Origin: Amoebidium appalachense
Taxonomy: Eukaryota > Protista > Ichthyosporea
Direction of reading: 5' to 3'
Assembly (NCBI GenBank): GCA_963693365.1
Contig: CAVNZM010000001.1
Span: forward strand, 1,518,373-1,582,372
Length of the DNA stretch: 64,000 nucleotides
The position numbers were made by a program, and so were the translations under genes. A model generated the notes under the pieces. It saw only the letters and a list, made by a program, of their open reading frames with translations. It did not search any database and was not told where the DNA came from. Positions 1-55,654 of this stretch are shown here, piece after piece. Each line of letters starts with the position of its first letter. The first letter of the stretch is position 1.

Positions 1-13
1 TTTCCTTCTTTGT

Positions 14-73
<60 letters not shown>

Positions 74-263
74 CCCCCCCCCCCCCCCCCCGTATCTCTC
101 TCTCCCTTGTTTCTGTGAGCACAGATATCTGTAGATCTGTGCACACCTGGCTCTCTTGCCTGATAAGAACTTATTGTGTTTTATTTCTGTTTGCTCTCCT
201 CTGTTTATCTGAGAGGTAGCGTGATTGGCTAGCCTCACTCGTTGTCTTTCCTTTATTTCAAAA
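1..263. repeat. Truncated copy of the LTR-like repeat at 539-1415
   Basis: Near-identical to 600-899 apart from (CT)n and poly-C length; ends at ATTTCAAAA where it joins the copia pol fragment. Confidence 0.85.
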
Positions 264-538
264 CGGAGCCTTGGTGGTCTTGCCAGACATGCAGCCGAAG
301 CAGTCACTGTTGTCGGGTGACTTGAGGGTGGGGGGCATGCCGATGACAAGCTCATCCTTGGCCATGCTGGTGACGGTGGATAGGGCACGGTGGCCGAGAC
401 GGTTGTGCCTAAGGGTGAGGTCGTCGGTTGGTTGAGTCCTTGCTGTGTAGGCTTGGACCCACGGGTGTTGAGGAGTGTCAATCACATAGTCAGTGATGTA
501 GTAGAGACCGTTGAGGGGGGTGTTGGAATACGTCACCA
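264..538 (-). mobile_element. Ty1/copia pol fragment (GAG-pre-integrase region)
   Basis: Translates to ...NGLYYIT...LRHNRLGHRALSTVTSMAKDELVIGMP...DCFGCMSGKTTKAPF, the copia GLY/HxRLGH/CxxCxxGK..PF pattern. Truncated on both sides. Confidence 0.85.
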
Positions 539-1415
<877 letters not shown>

Positions 1416-1469
1416 CCTCTGTGCACTCTGCTCCCTTAGACCCGTACAAAACAACAGGTTAAAGGCCAA

Positions 1470-2403
1470 TGTTAAATTGTATAAGTATTTGGGATGAAAG
1501 CAGAGACACAGTGGTGCAGTGTGAAAACACCACAGACACACACAACAAGAAAACACGGAACGATCGGAGCAGTGTACACAACAGACATCAATGTTTAGAC
1601 ACGACTGAACTCAATTTATTTTGATCGCTAATAAATACCTGAAATTCCCTTAAGTTAAATCCATACATGATTTCCGACCAGTCGGAAATCAGATCTATGT
1701 CTAAAATAACCAATCACAATTAACTGATTATTTCCCGGATAGATCCGGAGACACAGGAACGCACACCATAGGTCACAGCTATAAGAAAGAAAAGAGGTGA
1801 AGAGTAACGAGGAAAGAGGTGATGTTTCTAACCTATCATCGGCTACAAAGACTCAGACATTTTCTGACTAAGTCCACTGATTGGATATAGTACGGCAACA
1901 CACAAAACAAAAGTGTTTGACTAAGCTATGAATCATACCTGACAAGCTAAAGTGTAGCCTAAGTGTTTTTCTACCAATCAAAACATAACGAGTAATATAA
2001 ATCTACTCAACGTATATTAGTGAGAGAGAAATATAATTATGTGAAAGGAAACAAGAGAAGAAAGAAAGAGAAAAGAAAGAAGAAGAAAGAGGAAAAAGAA
2101 AAGAAAGCAGGACAGAAAACACGAACAGCAAAACACAGTTATAACCGAAGATATTCATGTACACATAACATGTACACGTTTCTCCCTTACTGGGTAGACT
2201 CGTGTACCTATAATCAGTTGCTGTAATCGATATCTAAACACACGAATATAGCCGACACAACACGATTACAAGTACTCAAATACACTGGAGATCGATCTCA
2301 TAATTTACGTACAAGGAGCACATCTCTTTCACTAAGTGAATGAATGAAAACATAACACGAACTGAGAAGATCTTACAATATGTAAATACCACGTATTATA
2401 ACA
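1470..2403. mobile_element. Solo LTR, copy 1
   Basis: TGTTA...TAACA termini, 5-bp TSD GCCAA (1465-1469 and 2404-2408), near-identical to 2828-3760. Confidence 0.9.
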
Positions 2404-2827
2404 GCCAATTTTCGCACGCTCTCGCAACACATACTCTCGCTGCAATCGAAAATATTCAAATTTGAATACCGATCTGATTCCTCTCTCGCGCATCATCTGA
2501 CTGATTGATCACCATGTCGGAGAAACCTGCGTATCTCAACCTCACCCCCTGGAAAGGGGATGACACCACGGACAAGAAGTCCGGCAAACGTCTCACCTAT
2601 TATGAGTGGGAACCCGTCATCTTCCGGTACCTACGTACTACCACCGCGGCCAAGTTAGTGCCCGTCATCAAGGCCCCCGAGTGGGTCGACCCTTCCGACG
2701 AGAACGAGTGGCACGGCTATGACACTGAGGAGGCCTACACCGAGGCTTCCAACTTCCTTGAACAGATGTTTACTCAACTCGTCTCCAATGACGAGCTGTA
2801 TAACTCTGGTCAAATCCACGATGATGT

Positions 2828-3760
2828 TGTTAAATTGTATAAGTATTTTGGGATGAAAGCAGAGACACAGTGGTGCAGTGTGAAAACACCACAGACACAC
2901 AACAACAAAACACGGAAGGATCGGAGAAGTGTACACAACAGACATCAATGTTTAGACACGACTGAACTCAATTTATTTTGATCGCTAATAAATACCTGAA
3001 ATTCCCTTAAGTTAAATCCATACATGATTTCCGACCAGTCGGAAATCAGATCTATGTCTAAAATAACCAATCACAATTAACTGATTATTTCCCGGATAGA
3101 TCCGGAGACACAGGAACGCACACCATAGGTCACAGCTATAAGAAAGAAAAGAGGTGAAGAGTAACGAGGAAAGAGGTGATGTTTCTAACCTATCATCGGC
3201 TACAAAGACTCAGACATTTTCTGACTAAGTCCACTGATTGGATATAGTACGGCAACACACAAAACAAAAGTGTTTGACTAAGCTATGAATCATACCTGAC
3301 AAGCTAAAGTGTAGCCTAAGTGTTTTTCTACCAATCAAAACATAACGAGTAATATAAATCTACTCAACGTATATTAGTGAGAGAGAAATATAATTATGTG
3401 AAAGGAAACAAGAGAAGAAAGAAAGAGAAAAGAAAGAAGAAGAAAGAGGAAAAAGAAAAGAAAGCAGGACAGAAAACACGAACAGCAAAACACAGTTATA
3501 ACCGAAGATATTCATGTACACATAACATGTACACGTTTCTCCCTCACTGGGTAGACTCGTGTACCTATAATCAGTTGCTGTAATCGATATCTAAACACAC
3601 GAATATAGCCGACACAACACGATTACAAGTACTCAAATACACTGGAGATCGATGTCATAATTTACGTACAAGGAGCACATCTTTTTCATTAAGTAAATGA
3701 ATGAAAACATAACACGAACTGAGAAGATCTTACAATATGTAAATACTACGTATTATAACA
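2828..3760. mobile_element. Solo LTR, copy 2, inserted in gag
   Basis: TGTTA...TAACA termini, 5-bp TSD GATGT (2823-2827 and 3761-3765); removing it restores the gag frame (HDD-VSPAQAF). Confidence 0.9.
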
Positions 3761-3991
3761 GATGTGTCACCTGCCCAAGCTTTCCACAACCTCCGTATGA
3801 CCTATGCGGCTGAACGTGAAGATCGTGCTCGTCAAATCTTCCTCGACTACCATGAGCTTGAACTCAAGGACTTCAAGACCGTCACGGCCTACCTCACCAT
3901 GGCACGCCGTCTGTGCACTACCCTGCACATCCTCGAAGAGCCCATTCCTCACAAGACTATGGTTGATAACTTCTTCATCCACCTCAAGAAG

Positions 3992-4296
3992 AACCGTAAG
4001 TTAGGCTATAATTTTGTAGTGATGTGTTTCTCAAGCCAATCAATACATCTAATAAACAGGTCGTAGTTACGCGTGTTTAGTATAAAATCAAGGATGTTGT
4101 AATTTACAGGTAGGCTATCTTTCTGGGTGTCTGTTCTACGCGTTGGCAGCGGAGGATAGCTCCCTCAGATCCCACAGGTCCACACCATAGACGTGAGACA
4201 TACAAAAGCTTTTAGTTTTACACTCAAACACGACTCCGAAATACCACGTTGCCTTCGGACACTAGTAGCTAACACACCCACACTAGTGATAGATTC
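3992..4296 (+). mobile_element. 305-bp insertion in gag with direct repeat CAAGAAG and intron-like signals
   Basis: CAAGAAG at 3985-3991 and 4297-4303; GTAAGT at 3996, GCTAAC at 4268-4273, TAG ending at 4286 and 4292. Confidence 0.6.
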
Positions 4297-4738
4297 CAAG
4301 AAGGCCCCTGCCGTGGCGGCCTCTTGCCTAATGATCAAACAGTGCATAGACCACAAAACAATGGCCGACCTGTGCACCCTCATGGAGGAGCACCCTTACA
4401 GGGCCGCGCAGGCCCCACAGGTGACGGCTCGTAAACTTAAAGCATCTAAAAAGGCAAACCGTGACCAAGTACATAAAACCAGAAAGTGATATTAAGATAA
4501 AAATCATGAATCTTTTATAGATCACAATGGAATGCGCTTTATCGCCATGGACTTGTCGGATTGGACGTAGGTTCACCCTTAACCTATGTCGTCATTCTTC
4601 CGTGATTGTTACTTGAGCGAGACATTTCGAAAGGAAAAGCGACAGAGCGAACCTTTCGTTTTTCTGTTTCCCCATTTACGTTTTTTCTCAATAAATATTG
4701 AGCCATAAAGCCTTGCTGGCATCAGTAAGAAACTAAAA

Positions 4739-7700
4739 ATGTATACCCACGGAGCTGTTTTCGCTCTGCTGTGCGTGTCTGCGCTCGCCTCGGCGCAGAA
4801 CATGCCCCCTGTAGCGTGCCTGGCCGATATGATGATGAGGTGCCCTTTTGAGGTCCCCGTCGCGCTGAGAACGGTGAGTAAATGAATGTTTTTGGAAGTG
4901 ACTTCCGGAACATCAAGCAGATTTACGTTTCTAAAAGAAAACGGTCATTAAGTTTGCTTGGCTGATGCGGTTCTGATCTGATGGCTTTGGTGGTGTTTTA
5001 AACATAAGTAGCACACGGACCTGTGTGTGACGACATGCAAGCGGAAGGTTTGTTACTTTTTTTTTTTTCTTTCTTTTTTCTTTTTTTTTTTTTTTGCTGA
5101 ATAAGGCGTCTTTTTTGGGTAACTGACGGATCTTTGGATTATGTAAGTAGTTTTCCGCCGTTTTGTTTTTGTGTCATGCGAGCTCTTGGTAGAAAACACT
5201 TTGCTTCGACAACCCCTGCTTCTGTGTTTGATGGTGCCCGTTGCAAGAAGTCTTTTGGGCGAGTGGGAGGGTATGGCATGTGTTTTTATTGTGCACGCTG
5301 GTTCCGGCAGATTAAAGTGGTCACGAAGACAAACCACAGTCAGCATGAGGTACACAAAAGAATCTCTTCAGCCAGATCCGAACAAATCACACTTTTTTTT
5401 TTTTTTTTTTTTTAAAGAAAAAAGCACAGTTTAGTCTGTTAGTGGCCGCAGCGAGTAGAACGTGCAGTGTATACCAGCTCAGCTATGCTTGTTGCTGCAT
5501 GTGTGGTGCGTGCTTGTGCTGAACTTAAGACACCACATACTTATGCGTTTTGTCGCTTTGACAAGCCTTTTAACAACAGCATTGCTTTTTTCCTCACAGT
5601 AATGACAAACTACCATTAACACCATGCTTTCTTTTCCCCCTTACAGAACACATTCAACACCCCCTGTCTTCTCAACGACAAAGACTCGCTCAATCCCGTC
5701 TGCCGCCAATACATCGACACCCACGCAAGCACCCCAACCAACCAACAACCCACGCCTGTGAACCACCGGGGCCCCCCCATGCCTCGTCCGTTCGGCCCCC
5801 ACATGCCGGGGATGGGCATGATGGGTGGGATGAGTGGTAGGCCAACGGGTGGGATGGGTAACATGGAAGGGATGATGGGAGGGATGGGTAGTGGGATGAT
5901 GCGCAACATGCCCATGGGAAATATGCCCGAGCCGCACGGACCCATGCCTGGCCCCGGGGGCAAACCGTGCATCAAGCACCCAGGATTCCCCCACACCCAT
6001 TCCTCTGCCCAACCTACCCTTCCCCTTCCCCGGTGTTCCGCATTTCACCCCTGGAATGCCGCTGCTTCCCGAGGGCGAGGTATGGATTTCTTCTTCTTCT
6101 TCTTCTCAGGCTTTCTTTTTGTTTCTGGTTTTTGTATTTTTGTGACGTTTTGGGTTTTGCCTTTTGTTTCTATCGTTTTTTCCACTACTAACATCCAACC
6201 CTGTTAACCTCGTTTGTTTTGGAATTTAGACTGCACCATCATTCTTACCCTTCATTTCCCTCCCAATTTCTGTAGGGAAAAAGGATGTACTTGGAGATGA
6301 GTGTAAACTTCCCAACAAATGGGTTTAAAAGCCAGCTCTACGAATAGATAAGCTGTTTCTTTGCAACATATAATTAATCTTCCCTTCATTGTCACTTCTT
6401 ACTACCTCTTATAAGGCGTGACGTCTGCCTCCTTCTCTGTCACCACAACCTACGTTGTTGCACAAAAACTGATCGTCTCTTTTCTTTTCAAAGAAAATTT
6501 TCCTTTCCATCATGCTTTACCCTTGTCTCGAGCTCGGCACACAACCAACTAACCCTTTTTTTTTTTTTTTTTTTTTTTTTTTGCAGCATCTCCCCGTCCC
6601 CTTCCAGTTCCCTTTTGCACCTCCAAATTTCGCCACATTCTGCCAATGCGACGCAGACCGCAAGCAATTCTGCCCCAATTTGGAGGGACCCTTCACCCCA
6701 TCTGCTCTCTTCACCTCCCAATGCTTCAAAGATAACGTGGAGAAACTCTCCCCCCGGTGCAAGAGTCTGTACGAAGCATTCCACAAGGGACCCACCCACT
6801 TCGAGGTTCACGTGAATATTGCCGTTGTGGGTCCATGCGCCACTGACAAGGTGAGTTTTGGGGGGAGAGGGATGGGGAGGGGGGTTCAATGGTTGAAAGA
6901 TGGAGTTTCTGGCTAGGTTTCTCACCGTTCTGTTCGTTTTACTCTTTGGGATATGCTATTGGGTATAATGATTTCTCTCACCTCCTAATTAACGAATATG
7001 CTCTCTCTTATAATTTCGAGTCTTTACATGTTATGTAGAGGACAAATTGGTATCGTGTAGCTGATGGACAATTTAGGGGTTTACACACTTTTTATTGCGT
7101 GGACACTGCCGGAGGCCCAGCCACATTCGATGGCCTACTGCGTTTTCCAGCACAGCCAATCAAATGCAGCCAGTGACATATGTACATGCTAGGCAACAAT
7201 GAGCGCCATCGTAGTATCTGACACCCCTATTACATATTATGGGTAAGCAGATGCTAGCATCGGTAGCTCCGAAAGAAAGTTAAGGCACCGGATCACAATA
7301 TCATACTGTGCAGCATTAATAAGGTGATCTAGGATAGACAATTTAGCTAAGGAAATAAGAGAAGCCGAGGCATGAAGGCTGTAGTTACTAGCAGTTAAGT
7401 GCAAACCAAAAAAATCCAAAAAAGCCAAAAGTTCGAATTATGTGGTCTTTTTGCCTTTTTATGTTTCCCATTTCCCGGCAAAGTATGCATAACAACGCTC
7501 CCCCCCCCCCCCCCCCCCCCCCCCGGTACTGTGGATGACGTGGGCCCCCCCTGAGGATGGGCTCTGCTTATTATGCATACTCTTTATGTATGGCTTGCAT
7601 TCTGCATCGTGTTATCCGTTTGTTCTTGTGTACTTCGTACTTTTTGACGCATTCAAAACCCCCCCCCCAACGCACACCCACACATGCACACACACACACA

Positions 7701-9385
7701 CGCGCGCGCGCCGCGCACACACAGACACACACACACAAAAAGGAAAGAAAAGGGAAAGGAAAAAAAAAGGGAAAATAACAAGAAAGAAGAAAAAGCCAGA
7801 GTTTCCCATCTGACATCCGTTAGCCTATTCACCTCTAACATCACACAACCACCCCCTTACAGGCCAAATTCTGCCCCAACGCCTCCGCCGGCCCCTGGCA
7901 AGTCTTCACCCAACCGTGCATGGCCGAAAACAAAGACAAACTCTCCCCTCAGTGCAAGGCTGCTTTCAATCGGTTCACACAGGCACACACACAGGGAGGC
8001 ATACCGCCCCAGTATGTGCCTCAGTTGCACGTTGAGATTATTCGTCTGCCCGTGCCTAAGGCGGGGGAGAAGGAGAAGACCACTACTGGGGTACTGGCCG
8101 ATGGTTCGAAGGTATATATTCTCACCGCACACACACACACACAAACAAACACACACACATGCGCGCGCGCACACACACACACACATGCACGCACACACAC
8201 ACACACACGCACACACACCTCTCACCAACCCACTCACTCATTCCTTCCTTATCCTTCCCCAAGTCTTTGTTGTGTTTTTCGCCGGAGGAGAGGGGGTGAA
8301 ACGGAGTCTTTGTTTGGGCTCATTCACGTGACGTTTATATGATGCTGTGATATGAGTTGCCGACTTTCCATGTGCACCAATCCCATAATCCACCGACTTA
8401 CCATTCATGGTTCTTTTCCAGATCATTTCAGTGGTTGGAAACGTCGAAGTGAAGGTCAACCGCGTGCAGCCATCCGTCCCTCCCACCCCCTTCCCATACT
8501 CCTTCCACCCCCGGTACCCCCCTCACTCCCCCTACCGTTTTTACGGCTCCCCCCGTCTCCCACGCCCCCCTCCCTGTCCTTGCCGACTCCAAAGAGGCAA
8601 ACGAAGAGGGTGTTGTGGCTCAATCGCAGGTGGAATCCTTCCGGAAATCTCTTGAGGTAAATAACACCCCCGCTCCCCCCCTCCCCCTCCCCCTTCAGAA
8701 GTTTCTTCTCTCTTTCTCCCTCCATCCCTCCTTCCGTCCCTCCTTCCCTCCCTCCCTCCCTAGCTCCCTCCTCTCCCTCCTCACTTCAATCCCTCCCCTC
8801 CCCCCTCCCCCTTCCTCCTTCCCGTGTGTGTGCTGTGTACCTAATGTGATAGCTTTTGCATATCCTTATAAAGTTTTATATCGAGCACCATTAATTCTTT
8901 ATGCATCTGTTTGTATTTCAACTCCCCCCCCCCCCCTCCCCGCCTCCCTCCCCCGTTCACCCACCCACCCAACCCTCAACCCCACCCCCACATTCTCTTT
9001 GTGCCTCTTTCCGCTATGGCCCCCTTTTGCCCCTCCGGGAATCCTCCTAAATGCGCTCGCAATTACTTGGTCTCTATTGGCTTCACACCACATCGCTGTT
9101 GTCAACTATTAGAAATATTTTGTATCTGATTTAGAAGTGCCTCTTCCTAGAGAGATGAATTTGCACTAATAGAGACCAAGTTGGGTGATTGATGGTACAT
9201 AACAGATATACATGCTTCTCTCTTGCATACCACTGTTCTCTATCGGCCGAGCCCATGGACTAACCACCCCTCCCCCCCCCCCCCCCCCCCCCCCAGCGCC
9301 CGCGCACACACACCCAACCACCCATGGCCACACCACCAGCACCACACACAAACACAAACACATACAAGCGGGGGGCGCGCGCGCG

Positions 9386-9439
<54 letters not shown>

Positions 9440-9609
9440 CCGGCGATGCACGTGCCGTGCTGGCCGTTGTGATGTCCGCCACCGCCGTTTTTGCGCTCCT
9501 CTCAGCCGTAGCCAGCGCCATTGGTCGCTCGGCCAAGTCCACCTATCTGAAACTAGAGTCAGAGGAGAGTAAGATGGATCTGATTGCACCCAAGGAAATC
9601 AAGGTCTAA
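4739..9609 (+). CDS. Type I membrane protein: signal peptide, three Cys-rich (GLG1/Cys_rich_FGFR-like) repeats, Met/Gly/Pro-rich linker, C-terminal TM helix
   Basis: Exons 4739-4873, 5647-6079, 6587-6850, 7863-8111, 8422-8656, 9439-9609, all GT-AG. Signal MYTHGAVFALLCVSALASA; repeats CxxD...C...C...(D/E)xL(S/N)PxC three times; TM AVLAVVMSATAVFALLSAVASAIG; tail ...YLKL...EIKV*. Exons 2 and 5 each need one base removed. Confidence 0.8.
7525..7658 (+). mobile_element. Family A dispersed repeat, 5'-truncated, poly-C flanked
   Basis: Essentially identical to the reverse complement of 54878-55010. Confidence 0.85.
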
Positions 9610-10727
9610 ACATCCAAACGGATACATGTTCCCCAGGATTTTTACCCCTTTTTTTTGCCATGTCAACCACACCTTCACTTTTTATAGGAATGTTCGGCCT
9701 ACTGTAGAGGAATTCCCCCCTCCCATTTTTTTAGTAATAACCAATATCCACGGTTCATATTACTTGGCAAACATGCAGTCAGAATACTTGGCAGGTGTTT
9801 CTGTTGTTGGCAAAACTGAGAACAGGGAGGATTTTTGTCGGAGGCAACGTTCACGGGCCTAACCCACACAAACCCTGAACCACCACACCTTGAGGATTAT
9901 GATTGTGAGTTGTTATGTTTTATGTTCTACATGTGCGTGTTGAAGCTCTAGAGATATGCATCTGCACAAGCCCAACCCAGTTAGCTGGAGCTCTGAATTA
10001 TGGCAGAGTTTAGAGCTGTATACATGTTGCACCGGTTGAGACGTCCCGAAGGTTGGATGCGTATACGGACGTGCGGGTAACACGCGTGCACACCGTGAAT
10101 ACGTTTTAATAAATAATGACTTTTCTTGATTGTGTTCCCGGTGCAGCCTCGTTTTGTAATTTTCCCCTACAGGCCTGCACATGCAAACATGCATACAATT
10201 GCATGTGGGTTCACTTTGTTATGGTCGCTCTTCCCGGGTACGGTTCCGCCCTGTCTGTCTGTTGAGGTATTATTGTGTAGAAGCATTCCTGAGATAAACG
10301 GATAAGATCAGGCTTACTTTTTGTTAGAAATACTCTCGCAGTTTTTTTGACTTTCTTGTTCATTATTCATGGTACTGAGAAGAAAACAAAAGTTTCATTT
10401 TCTTGTGTTTTATGTATGCTCATGGCTACCTTTGTGTATCATGCGCGCACACAGGCACGCAAGTTCTTGGGACACAGCGCCAGGATATCATCAACATTAA
10501 AGGCTATTTTTAGTTGGGTGAATGAATTCGCGGCCGCCAGCTTCCGGAACATGATAGCCTACTAGCGGCTGATGTCAGTAACGGCCTAACATTATGAACC
10601 GAAATTTCACGGTGTACACACGGCACGCACGCACGCATGCACGCATATGCATGTACACACACACACGCACACACACACACACACACACACCGTGACACAC
10701 ACATGTACACATGTACACACACACACA

Positions 10728-10795
<68 letters not shown>

Positions 10796-10831
10796 GTGAC
10801 ACACACATGTACACATGTACACACACACACA

Positions 10832-10891
<60 letters not shown>

Positions 10892-10929
10892 GTGACACAC
10901 ACATGTACACATGTACACACACACACAAG

Positions 10930-11051
<122 letters not shown>

Positions 11052-11427
11052 ATGTACACTCGCCCCGGGCCCTCTCGCTTTCTACCGGCCCTCTTTCTCT
11101 AGCCTAGGCCCCCACCCACCCAGGCTACTCAGCGGCTCTCTTTGCCGCTTGGTTCAAGGTGACCACTGGGTCCAATATACGAGCACGCGCACCGTTATGC
11201 ATGCGCATGTGGCACACACGGTCACACACGCGCGTACGGGGGATCGACCGGGCGTTTGGGGGGGGGGGGGGGGGGGGGGGGGGAGGAGGGGGGGGCTACT
11301 ACCCGGGGAAATATGATCTTGAGAACTTCATTTGTTTTCCCTATTTTTCTTCCTTCCTTTTTATTTTTATTTTTCTTCCCTTTTTCCTTCCCCCCGCCCC
11401 CCCCCCCCCCCCCCCCCCCCCCCCATA

Positions 11428-11477
<50 letters not shown>

Positions 11478-12086
11478 CGGGCCCCCCTACTCTCAGGTAC
11501 TATTTCTATGCTCGCGACTGCGGCACTGCCAAGAAGTTGTAAGTTTTGCGATGCAGTGTCTGCAGCTGGTGGAGTGCACGTTGCGAAACATGCTCTGGCC
11601 GGAAACTCAAAGTGGGGATCTAGATGCCGGACACAATATTCAGATCTATTTGTTTGTTTTGTGTTCGTACGCGTACATAACTTCGTGCTGGGAGCTCCTG
11701 TATCATCTGTAGGAAAAGACTCTGTATGGTTTTGTTGGCGGTGTATACGTATGTACGTGAGATGATGTGAGATACGTGCATATGACGAGGTTGTATAGAA
11801 ATATATGCTGTAAGCAAGCTCCACATCCCTTGAACACGTCTTTGCTTTTCCATTTCCATTTCAACAAACTATTGGTACGTGCAAAGAACGATGTTGGCCT
11901 GTGCAGATCTCGTATAATTTCTACACCTTTCCCGAGCTGAGGCCAATCACCGTAATTACACCATACCTGCATGTGAAAAAGATATCGTTTTCTCTTACCA
12001 CGACACAACTTCGTAATTTCACACATTCATATCATCATCCCTTTTATTTATTCTTTTTCCCTTTTTGGGTCACAACCACTGGAAAA

Positions 12087-53913
<41,827 letters not shown>

Positions 53914-53986
53914 TATTAAAGCTACAGAACCAACAGGCTTGAAATCGTTGGCCGCAGTTGTGTATAGTTGATTGATGAAGTAGCTG

Positions 53987-54154
53987 TTAAAGGAGGTTTC
54001 TTTTAGGAATCCGGGTCGGGTCAGACGGGTCAGACCCGAACCCGATTTATGCTTTATGATAAATAATTGGCGAGGTATGCATGCACAATCAGCATTTTGG
54101 CCTGACCCGAAAGGGGCCCATAAATCAGCCTACCAGAAAGCTTAACCCCTTTAA
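53987..54154. mobile_element. TTAA MITE, copy 3 (just 3' of the ABCA stop)
   Basis: Homologous to 21911-22059; TTAA at both ends. Confidence 0.8.
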
Positions 54155-54838
54155 GGTGTAGGTTGATGACGTATGTAGTGTAGCTCTGTGTGTAGAACAT
54201 CCTTAGTGAAAGGCCGGCCGTGATGTAATTTTTGCTTTAACCAATAATTCGCGCGCGAGCTGACTGATTAGCCAAATATGGAAATCTGGGCGGGAGGTTA
54301 TGGCGCGCAAAAAAAAATGGCTTTCAAGGAAAAAAAATGAAAAGGTTAGGAATAGGCATACTTCCCAGCGACGAACTGAGAGCAAATAGCTATATAGTTA
54401 AGCCTAATTGGATCTAAGTTTGTTGAGGTATGTAAAGGAAATTTATCAATACCAAATTCGAAAGAAACTTTTAGCATAACTTACAAGCTTCAAGGGAAGG
54501 ATAAACACACTGTAGGATGATGTAAATATGACGAGGTCAATAAAACGGATCAAGAGAGACAGTGGGTGAGAGACGGGGATGTGTATGCATGTGTTGAATT
54601 GTGCTTGACATGCATATGCTGAGATACACACTCATGAACTCAGACCCCGCCCCCCCACACACACACACACAGACACGCACACACGGTGCATTGTGTTTGT
54701 GCAATGGGGAAGAGAGACTGAGGATCAGGGAGCCAGGGGGGGGGGGGAGGGGCGGTGGGGGGGACCGTCTCCGGAGGAGGGGAGGGGAAAGAGATGCAAG
54801 CAGGGTGATGGAGAGAAAGGAACGGAAGCTATGGGGCA

Positions 54839-54877
<39 letters not shown>

Positions 54878-54879
<2 letters not shown>

Positions 54880-55525
54880 TGAATGCGTCAAAAAGTACGA
54901 AGTACACAAGAACAAACGGATAACACGATGCAGAATGCAAGCCATACATAAAGAGTATGCATAATAAGCAGAGCCCATCCTCAGGGGGGGCCCACGTCAT
55001 CCACAGTACCCGAGTTTCGACCTATTCCCCTCGTTAACGAAACCCAACTCAGATACTGTTTCACTTGAACATGAGTAGGTCACCCGTCTTGATCAGAGAC
55101 GAGCAGGGTTGCTTATGCAGGCAAGGGCAGTGGGAAAGGCCGGGGGTTAAAGTTGCAGCAGTAAGCAGAAGCAAGAAAAATATAGATAGGAACTCAGGAG
55201 ACGGGGCTTCTAGGAAGCTCCCCCGTCGATACCTAAGTCGATACTTCCCTGGCTAACATACTACACCAGCTGAAAAGAATTAAGTCCCGAAGGCCACAGA
55301 ATTCGTAATCAGAGGGGAAAATATGAGATTTGACCCACGCCGCAGGGTAGTAACACGCTTACTAGGGCGGAACTTTATCGTCTTCGAACGGAAAGCTATG
55401 CCCCCGGATGTCAGCCGGAAATATGGTATCACCCATTGCTTTGGGCTTGAAAAAAGCCAAACCGATAGTCCGAGTTATGTTACGCCGGCGGGTAACATGC
55501 CGCATGGGTTCCAAGGGAGCTGTCG
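54878..55525 (-). mobile_element. Longest family A copy, flanked by poly-G on + (poly-C in element sense)
   Basis: Reverse-complement homology to the other copies over 54878-55145, then ~380 bp of unique, degenerate coding-like sequence up to the next G tract. Confidence 0.8.
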
Positions 55526-55654
55526 GGGGGGGGGGGGGGGGGGGGGGAGGGGGGGGGGAGGGACAGAGAAACACAGGGTGTGTGTGTGTCTGTGGATATA
55601 CCTGCACCCAATCACAACGCACCTTGAAAGCAAATGGAGCCACAGCCGGTCCAT

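Larger units (their letters stand above)
2514..4489 (+). pseudogene. Interrupted Ty1/copia gag (pieces 2514-2827, 3766-3991, 4304-4489)
   Basis: Joined pieces read in one frame: MSEKPAYL...YYEWEPVIFRYL...PAQAFHNLRMTYAAEREDRARQIFLDYHELELKDFKTVTAYLTMARRLCTTLHILEEPI...NFFIHLKKAPAV...TMADLCTLMEE, resembling copia gag (UBN2-like). Upstream ...AACA followed by GGTTAAAGGCC (1457) resembles an LTR end plus a copia-type PBS. Confidence 0.75.

Noticed and set aside
2020-2226. Lys-rich ORF present twice
   Set aside because: A-rich purine tract inside the solo LTRs.
1470-3760. A single TRIM-like element with two LTRs and a 424-bp interior
   Set aside because: Each LTR has its own TSD, the outer flanks do not match, and the interior is continuous with the host gag.
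55250-55420. Tyrosine recombinase motifs (GHSF, LRD) on the minus strand
   Set aside because: Wrong order, catalytic residues absent, interrupted by stops.
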